A stretch of DNA of 64,000 bases from Rebecca billardiae RCC1528 (taxonomy: Eukaryota > Protista > Haptophyta), in contig OZ251226.1 in NCBI GenBank assembly GCA_965240325.2, positions 744,001 to 808,000 on the forward strand. Reading direction: 5' to 3'. The notes below the pieces were generated by a model. It saw only the letters and a list, made by a program, of their open reading frames with translations, ran no database searches and was not told where the DNA came from. Positions 46,610 through 56,967 of this stretch are shown here, in pieces. Positions within the stretch are counted from its first letter, which is position 1. Every line of letters begins with the position of its first letter. A program made the translations under genes and the position numbers.

Positions 46610-48230
46610 GTCTGATTGCGCCGTCATGCCGGCCACGTGACAGGCAGCAGGCGGTAAGTACCACACCCATGGGATGGTTCATCGGCGCGGCAACTAATGA
46701 ACGATGCGCGCGATGACAGTTCTGTCCGCGCAGTGATCATTCGAGGCTGATCTATTATCAGGCCGGTGAGTGACGGTGACCTGGCAACTGTGGCATCTGG
46801 AGTCGGATCCGGACTGCTGTATGTAGTGAGATAGGCCTCGGAAGTCGACCAGCCTTCGGATTCGGGATTATTATAAATAAGATAAACTCGATTTATTACA
46901 CTCTAGCTGTAACAATAGTTAGTAATTAGGCTTCGCAGAACTCTGCAGCAGTGATCCCGTCATCCCGTGAATCTATCGTCCTAAATATTCGGCCGGACAG
47001 TATTGACTCGGGAACTTATAGAGCCCGTAGCCGACCAGCATGCTGACGAGCATCATCATCGGCGACCCGGACTCCGGCGGACCGCGGGCGGCCGGTCACC
47101 GACACGGAGTCACGCTGCGTCAATTACGCAACGAAGCCGCGATGCTGGCTGTCAGGCCTCGCTGACTCTACGCTAACGGGGCTCGTGGTCTTATTCTCAA
47201 TAAGGCTTGAGCAACCGGGGCGTGCTGCAACCCACGAGCTCAGACTGATTGATTGATACATAGCTGCTGTTACAGTTTATTTGTTTTAACGTGCGTAAGG
47301 CTCACGGTGGCAGGTTGCCGCGCCATCCTTCATCGCACGCTCTCCGAAAGTTAGCTAGATATATAGTAGATAGCCATATTCGTCGTGCAGATGACCATCA
47401 GCCCGATCATGATCAGTCGTCATCAAGGCTTTATTCAAGGCATCAGATAATAATCACTAATCAACGGTGATGTCTGACTCTGAGTGAGAAGGGCCGGAGA
47501 TAATCGAATAATTGATGATAACTCACTCAGGGCTATTAGACAGTTCTATGACACTAGCTGCATGAGTAGTAGCTTCCGTCTTATCAGTAGCCAGTAGGCA
47601 CCGCTAACCCGTAGCATAGCTAAGCTAGGCAAGTTCATTCAGGCACTGAGCTCCCATCTGACATCTGCGCTGGAGTTACGGGCGTCAGTTAGTTAGCGTC
47701 ATGATACTCGTCACTGACAGTGACTGAGTCTCGGATCAGCACTTATGCCGATTACCCGATATGGCCATGGGCGCACGTCGTAGTCTCATACTGTACACTG
47801 CCGTGACTGAATCGCAGTGTGACAGTGTACTGACAGTGTGTGTCTGTGACATTGTGATTGTCCTTAGTGTCAAGTATCATCGGCATCTGAGTCAGGATCT
47901 GACTGAGTGTGAGAGGTCTAAGAAGTGAGCTACAGTAGGCAGTAGTAGCGGCGGCGCCGGACGGCCGGTGGCAGCCGGTGCCAACGGTGCGCCCCGCCGC
48001 GCGACCGTTGACGACTTGACAATGACACTCGGGAGTCAATACTCACAATAGTCATGAGTCTGATCGGCCGGCGGGAATGATTCACCGCGAACTCCGTAGC
48101 GGAAACGCCGTAGGCCGGAAGGGCCGCTCCAACTCCGCCGGCGTTCCGCGGCCAGAGCGCTCGGCTCACCGCGGAACCGCGTTGCAACTGATCCGCTCAG
48201 TGGGCGGAGAGTATGTTGAGTCTACTGTCA

Positions 48231-48282
48231 ATCTCGCCTGCCTGAGCTGTGCGCGTATCTTATTCTTATAGCTAGTAAACTG
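48231..48282. mobile_element. Diverged copy of the Tc1/mariner-type TIR
   Basis: ATCTCGCCTGCCTGAGCTGTGCGCGTATCTTATTCTTA(TAGCTA)GTAAACTG|TA. A possible decayed partner starts TACAGTTTA at 47271. Confidence 0.65.
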
Positions 48283-48427
48283 TAACCGTCTCAGCGCGCG
48301 TCAGCGGCACGAACTTCAACGACGGTCCTGACGGTCCTGACGACCGTTCCGCGCGGGCTTTTTCGGACCCGCCGTCCCAGACAGCAGTCACTTTTCTTCG
48401 TCCTCGGCCCGAGAATCGCTGCCGACC

Positions 48428-51022
48428 ATGCGCGTCGTCGCCGTCCTCCTCGCCATCGCGTGCGCGTGCCATGGCGCGCTCGCCACGGCGATGCCGGCGC
48501 GTCGGCTACGCACGCCCCGCCAAGCTCGCGCTGCGCCGCGCATGCGCACCGAAGGCGTAGCGTCCCCGTCACCGTACGTGCGCGAGGACGGAAGCACGCA
48601 CTGGGTGCGCATGCGCGGGCTCGCCGAGCGCGTGCGCGTGCTGCAGTCCTCCGAGGTCGAGCACATGATGGGCTTCTTCAACCCCGAGAGTGGTGCTTTT
48701 GCCGTCGAGCCGCAGTGGGTCAACCGCGTTTCGATCGTCTCGACGGCGGCTGCCGTCCGTGCGATGCTTGCCAACGAGGAGGGCTGGGCCAAGACGGCGG
48801 CGAGCGATGTGAAGCCCGAGGGGATCCTGCGCGCCCTCCTGGACGCTGAGTGGGGGTTCGACCCGCTGCAGACACCCGTTGCGCTCACCGCCCTCGTCTG
48901 CCTCGATGCGGGCTTGCCCGACCACCCTACTGCTCGTCTCGCGCTCGCGCACACGTGCCTGTCCGTGTTTCCGAGCCACGACGCACTCGCGGAGAGCGAC
49001 GAAGCCGAGAGCGAGGAGGAGCACGCGGCGCAGGCGGGGTTGGGGAACGCCCAGGCCACGCTACCGCTCTCGCTGCAGGAGCTCCGCTCCGGCCGCGCGG
49101 CGCTCGGCGTCTCGGCATTCGTCCCGGGCGAGGGCGGCAGGCCGCCCCCCTCCGCGTACCTGCGCTACCAGTGCGTGCACGCGCTGTGTGAGCTCGTGCG
49201 CCGGACGGGCTGGCAGCCGGGCGGGCGCTCATGGCTCGCGCCGCATATGCTCGAGGTCCGCGCGGCCCTGGAGCGCGCCGCGGCGGACGCCTTCCGTGGG
49301 CTCTGCGAGATGATCGCCCTGCGCGCGGCGAGCGCGAGCGATGCGTGCGACGCGGTCCGTCTGACGTACGATTTGTGTGCGTACTACGAGGCCTCGAGCG
49401 CGCTGCAGCTGGCGCAGGCGACGCCCGGCATGCCGGCGCTGACGCAGACGACGACGACCAAGGTCAACCTCAAGCTCGTCGCGCACGCGCTCGACGTCAT
49501 CTTCGAGACGCAGCGCGAGAACGGGCTCTGGCCGAAGGGCGAGCCAATCCTTCCGACGATGGGCTCAGAGGGCTCGCTCTCGAAGGGGGCTTGGCGCGCG
49601 GCCGACCTCGGCAACTCGTTCGTCTTCGCGTTCGACATCATGGACACGCTGCTCCAGACGCTCGGGGCGGAGCACCCCATGCTCTTCCGCTCGCACCTGC
49701 ACCGCCTCGAGGCGCAGGTCGCGTGGGCCGAGTCCTCGATGGTCTCGTGCCCGGGCACGGCCGCCTGGTACGCGCGCCGCAGCAAGGCGGGCGTGGACAG
49801 CGGCGCGGATGCTGACAGCGGCGAGTGGTCGGTGCCGCAGGGGGTGACGCGCGGCTGGCGCTCGAACCACCTGCAGGAGTCGGGCGGCCCGCTGTGCTGG
49901 GCCTCCGCGCAGGTGTGCTCCGCCCTCTCCAGCATGCGCATCCTCCTGCGCCGCATCTCGGCTGCGGACGTGCTCGATGAGTTCAAGGGCATGCGAATCA
50001 ACGAGCCCACGCCCCGACTTTTCGACTCGCTGCTCGACTCGGAGCTGCAGCTGGGCGCGAGCGGGGAGGAGCGGGCGTCGCTGAAGCACACGATCTACGA
50101 ATCGATGCTCGAGCCGCTCGAAGCCACGGGCACCGGCCGCCCCTTCTCCCGCACGGCGCCTCGCGACGCCAAATACTCGGCGATCCTGTACGGACCCCCC
50201 GGTGCGGGCCCGCCCCGGCGCGCGCGCGGCCGCCCCGGCGCGCGCCTGCCGCGCGCCGCCACATTCGCGCCCTGACTGCGCGCCGTGCGATGCGACGGCC
50301 GCGCGTCGTGGATGCCCGCAGGCACCGCCAAGAGCACGGTCTGCGAGGCGATCGCGCGCCACCTGGGCTGGCCGCTGCTCACCATCGACACCGCCGACCT
50401 GCTCGCGAGCGGGCTCGAGCACATCGCGAGTCGGATGACGTATGTCTTCGAGCGGCTGCTCGCGCTCGAGCGCACCGTCATCCTCTTCGACGAGATCGAG
50501 GAGTTCTGCCTCGACCGCACGGCCAACTCGCTCTCGATGGAGTCGCGCATGCTCACGACGGCGATGCTCACGCAGCTCAACGACTTGCGGCGCAAGCAGC
50601 GCTGCATCTTCTTTGTCGCGACCAACCGCATCACCGCGTTTGACTCGGCGGTGACGCGGCCGGGCCGCTTCGACATGATCCTGATGGTGGGCACGCCCTC
50701 GCTCGAGGCGCGGCTGCAGCGGCTCGAGGCCAAGATGGACTCTGGGCCGGCGGCGACGGTGAGCGAGGACCAGCGCGCCGTCCTGCGGCAGGTGCTCACG
50801 GACTCGTATGAGGCGGACGTGCAGTACTTCAACTTCCTGGAGAACGAGCGGCTGCTCGAGGCGCTCGTCGACATCGGTGCCAGGGCGCACGAGGAACACA
50901 AGCAGCCCATGGCGCTGTTCGCTGAGGCGCGCGACGTCGTGCGCGCGCAGTCGGGCAGCATAGTGCTGCGGGGCACCGTGCGCGAGGACTACATCGCGTC
51001 GCGCTCCCTCTCGCGCGCGTAA
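48428..51022 (+). CDS. AAA+ ATPase with a long helical N-terminal region and signal peptide; intron 50202-50321
   Basis: Spliced Walker A LYGPPGTAKS, Walker B ILFDEIE, sensor/SRH ATNR...FDSAVTRPGRFD. N-terminal QRENGLWP resembles a prenyltransferase/terpene-cyclase QW repeat. Confidence 0.85.
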
Positions 51023-51343
51023 TAAACGTCTTGGAACATCAGCTCGCCGCGCGGGCCGCGGCGGGGCGCCGCGCTGCTCACTGCTCTGTCTGCTGCCGGT
51101 CACGGATTCCGCACGGTACTCGGTACTCGGTACTCCGTACTGACGGTACTCGGTAGTATAAGCGCGAGGTCGTCTCTGCCGTCCATTTATATTCGGCGGT
51201 CCAACGGCCCGTGTCGAGTCGGCCGTGCCCGTGAGGCCGTGTCCAAGCAGCTCATCATCAGCAATATACCCAAGCTATTGGTAACGTCTAGCTGCTGAGA
51301 CTCACAGTAGCTACTTGCGGTAGTATTATTATCGCAGTCGTAG

Positions 51344-52042
51344 TCATGACGCAAGAACCGCGTCATCAAAAGCGACCGGCACTGCGCCCAGTGCAATCTG
51401 CTGCCGCACCACGACAAGGACAAGCGTGATGGTCGCGCCGAATATGCGCAGCGCCAGCGACTTGTGCGGGAGCCATGCCCAGTTTGCGGCAGCGAATGCA
51501 GCACCTATGTTACTAGCGAGCATGGTGATGACGTAGACGCGTGCACCCAGCTGTGACGTCGGGTACAGGTGGTGGATGTTGTACGTCGCTGAGCCGAGCT
51601 CGAACAAAGCACACCCCATCATGCACGCGTTCCCGCCGAGATGGATGGCGTGCACCTGTGCAAAGAGGACGAGCGTGCACGCGACATGATGAACGGCGAT
51701 CAGCGTATCCATGGGCTCCAAAAAATCCTTGCAGAAGTGCGCCACAATGTTGTAGAAGAAGAGACGCGAGAGCAACGTGTCAGGAGCAGCGAGTGATTGC
51801 CGCATCCAGCCACGTAAACCACCCCGGTGTCGACGTTCCCACCAGAAGAAGCCGGTTGCTAGCAAGGGCGCAAGCAGGAGCTGCACAATGGCGCCTTGGA
51901 GGTACGCGTGGCGCGGGCTGCCGCCTGTGGTGGGCAGGCTCGGGTCGACGCACTGCTTCGTGATGAATAGAAGCACCGCGTGGAGGAGCGTCCCACCCGC
52001 TACGGCGAGCAACGAGTCCGTGAGTTTAAGGCTGCTACTCAT
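51344..52042 (-). CDS. TLC (TRAM/LAG1/CLN8) domain membrane protein
   Basis: HFCKDF......AVHH and ALFELGSATYN motifs within several TM helices. Confidence 0.75.
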   Translation of the reverse strand: MSSSLKLTDSLLAVAGGTLLHAVLLFITKQCVDPSLPTTGGSPRHAYLQGAIVQLLLAPLLATGFFWWERRHRGGLRGWMRQSLAAPDTLLSRLFFYNIVAHFCKDFLEPMDTLIAVHHVACTLVLFAQVHAIHLGGNACMMGCALFELGSATYNIHHLYPTSQLGARVYVITMLASNIGAAFAAANWAWLPHKSLALRIFGATITLVLVVVRQQIALGAVPVAFDDAVLAS

Positions 52043-52285
52043 CAGTGCACTTGGCTGGCGCCGATGCTGGGCGGCAGCCAGCGGCCGTTCGAAACAGAGT
52101 TTCGGGTCACTCAGTTTCCCCGGCGGCCGCCATCGTCAACCGGCGAGTGCGCACAGTGCGCGCAGTGACGTGGCGCTAGCTAGCCTTTGAGCCCCTGGGA
52201 GTGGCCGGCATCGTGGACGAGCCGAGCCGCACGCTCGGCGCCCCAGACTCCCGGAAGGAGCAAACCACTTCATCGCGCGCGCGTC

Positions 52286-53305
52286 ATGTCGACCAAGCGC
52301 AAGGGCGCGAAGAGCCGCGCGCCTGACGATCCCAGCGTGCCGGTCCTGAAGCCCACGGTGGCCTCGAAGTCCTCGGGCGCCAAGCCGACGGCGAAGACGT
52401 GGAAGGACTGGGAGGTGAGCGACTGAGCGCTGGCGCCGCAGGAGCTGTGGACGTGTTGGGTGGCAGGCCGGGCGGCCCAGCCATCGAATCACCCGAGGCT
52501 TGTGAGCTGATGCATGCGATCGCGCTCCCCGCGCCGACACCTCCGCTCCCCTCCCAGGACGAGGATGCTCGCGAAGATCGTGTCGAGAGGCGGTCGTCTG
52601 AGAAGCAGCGCAAGAGCCGCGCGCAGTTCATGGGCCTCGTGCGAACAGTCCTCGTGTTTCTCACCCTCTCGATCGTCATGAGCATGCAACCCTTCGTCGT
52701 GAGGCAACGTGCGCCGGGTGTGAACAAGATCAAGGCTTCGCCCATTCCGGTGCGCGCGATGCGCGATCACAGTCGTGCACACGTGTGCCCCACGGCACCT
52801 CACGCTCTGCCATGCGCCCCACCCCCGGCAGATTGTGCTCGCCGGCGCCCAGCACTACGGCCGGAAAGTTGGCATGCCCGAGGATAAGGTGAATGCCACC
52901 CTCGCCACCGTCGGCCGCGCGCTGCTGCTGCCGCACAAGTACATCACGCTCTCGCGCGACAAGCGCACCCCGTCTAAGGACAAGACAGTCATCGTGGCGT
53001 GGCGCAAAACCAAGTCGGCGCTCGAGTCGACGCTCGCGAACACGGACAGGCTGGTGGCGACGAATGACATGCTGTACGGCGGCAGCCTCCTGTGCGTGCT
53101 CGGCAGCGTCCTCGCGCTGCTCCTCCCTGGCGCCGAGCTCGCGGCCATCATTGGCTCGGTGCTCATGTTCAATGGTGGCCGCAAGCTCGGCCTCGAGCCA
53201 CAGCCTGAGCTCATGGCGCTCGGCGCGATGTGCATCCTGGTGATGGTGAGCGGCGAGTCGGCGCGATCGCCGGCCAAGGCGAAGCGGAAGGCAAAGCGGG
53301 GCTAG
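52286..53305 (+). CDS. Hypothetical membrane protein; introns 52415-52557, 52750-52831
   Basis: Three frame-consistent exons with GT-AG introns, TM segments and a basic C-terminus (KAKRKAKRG). Confidence 0.7.
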
Positions 53306-54307
53306 CGCGCTTCGCCAACGTCTCGCATGAAGCAGTCCAAGCCCTCTGACCTGCGCCTGGTGCGGGCCGGGTGCCAGATAACGCCAGTCAGACAGTCAGT
53401 GGGCGCCAGTCCGATGACACTTCGGACGGACAGTGGCTGATCAATACCGCGTCCGCGACGGCGAGGCCCGATCCATCACGATCGCCATCGGCATCGGCCG
53501 CCACCTCGTAACAGCTCCGGGACCTGTTGCGATATCGGCCCGATCGCGCCGGCCGCGGCGATCGCCGCCCAGCACGCGCGGATCAAATTCTAAATTACTT
53601 ATTCTTATATTATTATAATCTAATGAGTAAATGACCCGCGGTGCAAGACCAAGTGCTGTGCATTATCTAGGGCGGAGCGCGGCAACCGCAGTGATCTCAC
53701 TCTCAGATGACAGCAGCAGAGTGTGGCCCCTACTGGCACTGCTACTTAATTCGGCGGAATGTAACAGACGGTCACTCTCCGCACTATTTATTGCCACTAA
53801 TCGGATCAGTACGACTCGGTACTTCAATCGGATGACGATATATGATTTTACAGTAGTGATGTCACTGAGAGAAGCAGCTATTCAGGCGCCGCAGTCTCAC
53901 AGCGACAGACTCGTAATGTCAGCAGACTGTCTATCTACGACTAGCTTCTAAGTTACAGACTTCAGTACGTATGTCACAGCAGCAGCGGAGAGTGAGCTGC
54001 GGGACCGCTGGACTGTGAGAGAGCGGCTGCGCGGCGCCGAGCGATGGCTGAGTGACCATGCTCGCCTTTTCTCCGCAGCGAGCACTGCTGATGCTGTGTC
54101 CACCCACTGCCCGAAGCCACCTGGAGGGACGCCAGCTCAGGGTCAAAGTCTCATTAGGCGGTGTAGGCCAGCATGCCAACCGCAGCGGTCGTCTCACGTA
54201 CGCGCATGAGCAGAATAGACGAGCCATGCTGGTGATGACGAGGTCGTGGGGCCGAGCAGCACCGCCATGCCAAGCATTGGCGAGGCGCGTACGCCCGGCC
54301 CGCATGG

Positions 54308-54682
54308 TTATGTCGATGCTATGGGCAGTGGATAGAGCGCGTAGAGGGCGCCATTCTTGACCACAATCCACATCAGCACAGCCATGGGTATTGTTGTCAA
54401 GCCACACCCGATGCACACGCCGCGCACAAAGATCTTCCACAGCGCTGGCTCGGCGTCAGCTGTGCCAAGAAGGATCAGCGCGGTCGGTTCTCGCCCAGCC
54501 AGTCCCTCGATGCTTCGCTTGAGAGACTCCACGACCCGGCGGGCCACCTGCGTGTTGTCGACGTTGGAATCCCGGCGGTCGGAGCCTTCAGATTCCCCCT
54601 CGCCCTTTCGCCGCGGCGCGTCCGATGCCGGCCCATATACGAGCCTCTCCTCTTCCGGTGGTCGGCCGCACACCGCGCCCAT
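54308..54682 (-). CDS. Small hypothetical protein with C-terminal TM helix
   Basis: MGAVC start and a hydrophobic C-terminal segment. Head-to-head with the desaturase, 150 bp apart. Confidence 0.4.
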   Translation of the reverse strand: MGAVCGRPPEEERLVYGPASDAPRRKGEGESEGSDRRDSNVDNTQVARRVVESLKRSIEGLAGREPTALILLGTADAEPALWKIFVRGVCIGCGLTTIPMAVLMWIVVKNGALYALYPLPIAST

Positions 54683-54832
54683 GGCGACGTGCCGCCCAGC
54701 CGGCGAGGGCGCTCCCGCACCGGGGGCGGCGCGCCCAGCCTCACAATCCAGTGGCCAGCGCCCAGCGCGACGAACCGTCGCGTCCTTTCCGCGTACGTAG
54801 CTGCAGATATACCGCCTTGTGTCGTCGGAGCG

Positions 54833-56259
54833 ATGCGCGCGGGGGAGCGAGCGTCGACGAGCGTGTGGGTGGTCGACGGCGAGGCGTATGACCTCACCGA
54901 GTTCCTCGCGGTGCATCCGGGCGGCCCCGACCTGCTGCTGTGGTGCGCTGGGCGTGACGTCTCCATCCTCGTGCACACGTACCACCGCGACCCGGCGCGC
55001 ACGGTGCTGCCGCGCCTGCTCAAGTACCGCTTGCCGTCGACGCCCCGCGGCGCGCTTAAGCCCGCCCTCGGCATCCCGGGCTTCCTGCTACCGCCGCGCT
55101 TCGACGCCGCGAGCGACGTCCCAACCTATGCCTTCCGCGAGCCCGGGGGCTCGCCGCTGCTGGACGCGCTGCGCAAGCGCGTGCTGACGCCGGATGCGCA
55201 GCGCGCGATCGGTCGGCTCGACGCGGTCTTCGACGTGGTTGTGGGCGTGCTGTTGGGGGTTTACGTCGCACTGGCTGGCGCCTGGCTTCGCGGGCACGTG
55301 CCTTGGTACGTGTCCGTGCCCGCCTTTGTGCTGCTGCGCACCGGCCTGGCGGGCGGCGGCCATTACTACATTCACCGCAGCAAGCACGGGCCGCGCGCGC
55401 CGTGGGTCGGGCCTCTTGCTGACTACCTCTTCGATGTGAACTATGTGGGCCTGGCGACCACAGCGCAGGACGCCCACGTGCTCCTGCACCACGCGTATGC
55501 GCAGTCTGGCGCCGACCCGAAGCGCGGCTTCTTTGGCGGCATGCAGCGCGTGCCGAGGCTGCTCCGGCCGATCGCGCACACGGCGCACAAGCTCGGCCAC
55601 GTGATGAACGGCATGCTCATCCGCGCCGTGTACTTGGAGCTGGAGCGCGACGGGTCGAACTCACAGGGCGTGCAGGGCCGTGTGCGCCGCCTCGCCGCGA
55701 AGGGCGCGCTGCCTGGCCGCACGCCGATCATATGGCAGCTCTGGGCGGTGCACGGCTGGCTTCGCGTCGAGCTCTTCCTCGCGCTGCCGCCGGGCTGGGC
55801 TGGGCGCGGCTCGCGCAGTTTGCGCTCACCTTGTGGTTCAACACGCTGCTGGTGGTGTCTTCGCACGACTTCCACGAGCGCGTCGAGCCCGAAGGCCGCG
55901 ATTGGGCCCGCTTCCAGCTGCTCAACACCCACGACATCACGATCACGGGCCAGCCGTGGGTCGACTGCTTCCTCTCAGCCGGCCTCTCGCCGCACCGCGC
56001 GCACCACCTGCTGCCCTACCAGAAGTCCGGGTTCGCCAACGTCTACAGCGAGCGGCACGTGGCGGCCGCGGCTCGCGAGTGCGGGCTGCCGTGGCTGCCG
56101 CCGCGGTCGCTCCTCACAGACCTGCTCCCCACCGCAGCGCGCGAGTGCTTCCTCACGCCGGCGTTCGATCCACTCGCCGAGGCTGCAGGCCGCCTCGCTA
56201 CTCCGGCCCGGTCGTTCTCGTCCGGACTCCTCGCGGAGCACGCCTCGGCCGCGCGCTGA
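54833..56259 (+). CDS. Cytochrome b5-fused membrane desaturase-like protein with an apparent frameshift at ~55781
   Basis: YDLTEFLAVHPGG (cyt b5) and His boxes HYYIH and HVLLHH in frame 1; SSHDF and PHRAHHLLP only in the -1 frame after ~55783. Confidence 0.8.
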
Positions 56260-56967
56260 AAGGACACGCTGAACTACGTCGTGACCGGGTTCACTGGCAT
56301 CGGCTCGGTCTGATGAGAGACGGAACTGCAGATTTCCAGCTACACGCTGATGCCGTCACCTTCAGGCCGTGCCGTGCCGGGCGGGACCTCACGACGCTCT
56401 CACGGTCGTCATGACTCCGGAGGTAGTAGTAATCGACTACGACCTCACCCTCATCCAAGTGCTCCGGAAGGCGCTCAGCCGCGGCAGCATCTGCCGTCGC
56501 CGCCGCGTGCCCCAGACCGAGGCGGTGCTCCATCCCGGCCCCGCTCCCGAGTAGCGGGGCGGGCAGGGCTGCGTCGATGGCACTTGGCAGCGCACTGCCA
56601 GCCTGCCTGACCTGGTCGCCTGCAGCCTGGTCGGAAGTAGGCGCGAAGTGACGCGAACGCATTCGATAAAGTATACAGATAATGATTATTAATTACGGTC
56701 GTGTCAGTCACTGAGTGTGTCTGACACACCGTGCACTCCGGCACTACTCAGCCTGACGGCCCTGACGCTTGCCCGTAGCGAAGTGTCAGCCAACGTCGTC
56801 TCCAGCGGTCGCAGGTCTACGCAGACAATATAGACATCAATAAGCCTAGCCTACTTGAAAGTACTACTTGTAGCTACAATTGTCGGCCTGTCGGGGCTCC
56901 TTCGTCCGACGAGTCGTTACTGAGTCATTCTGTTGTTTCAACACGGCTACTAGCAGAGGTCGTCACG

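Noticed and set aside
55770-55810. Programmed ribosomal frameshift in the desaturase
   Set aside because: No X XXY YYZ slippery site; an indel error or mutation is simpler.
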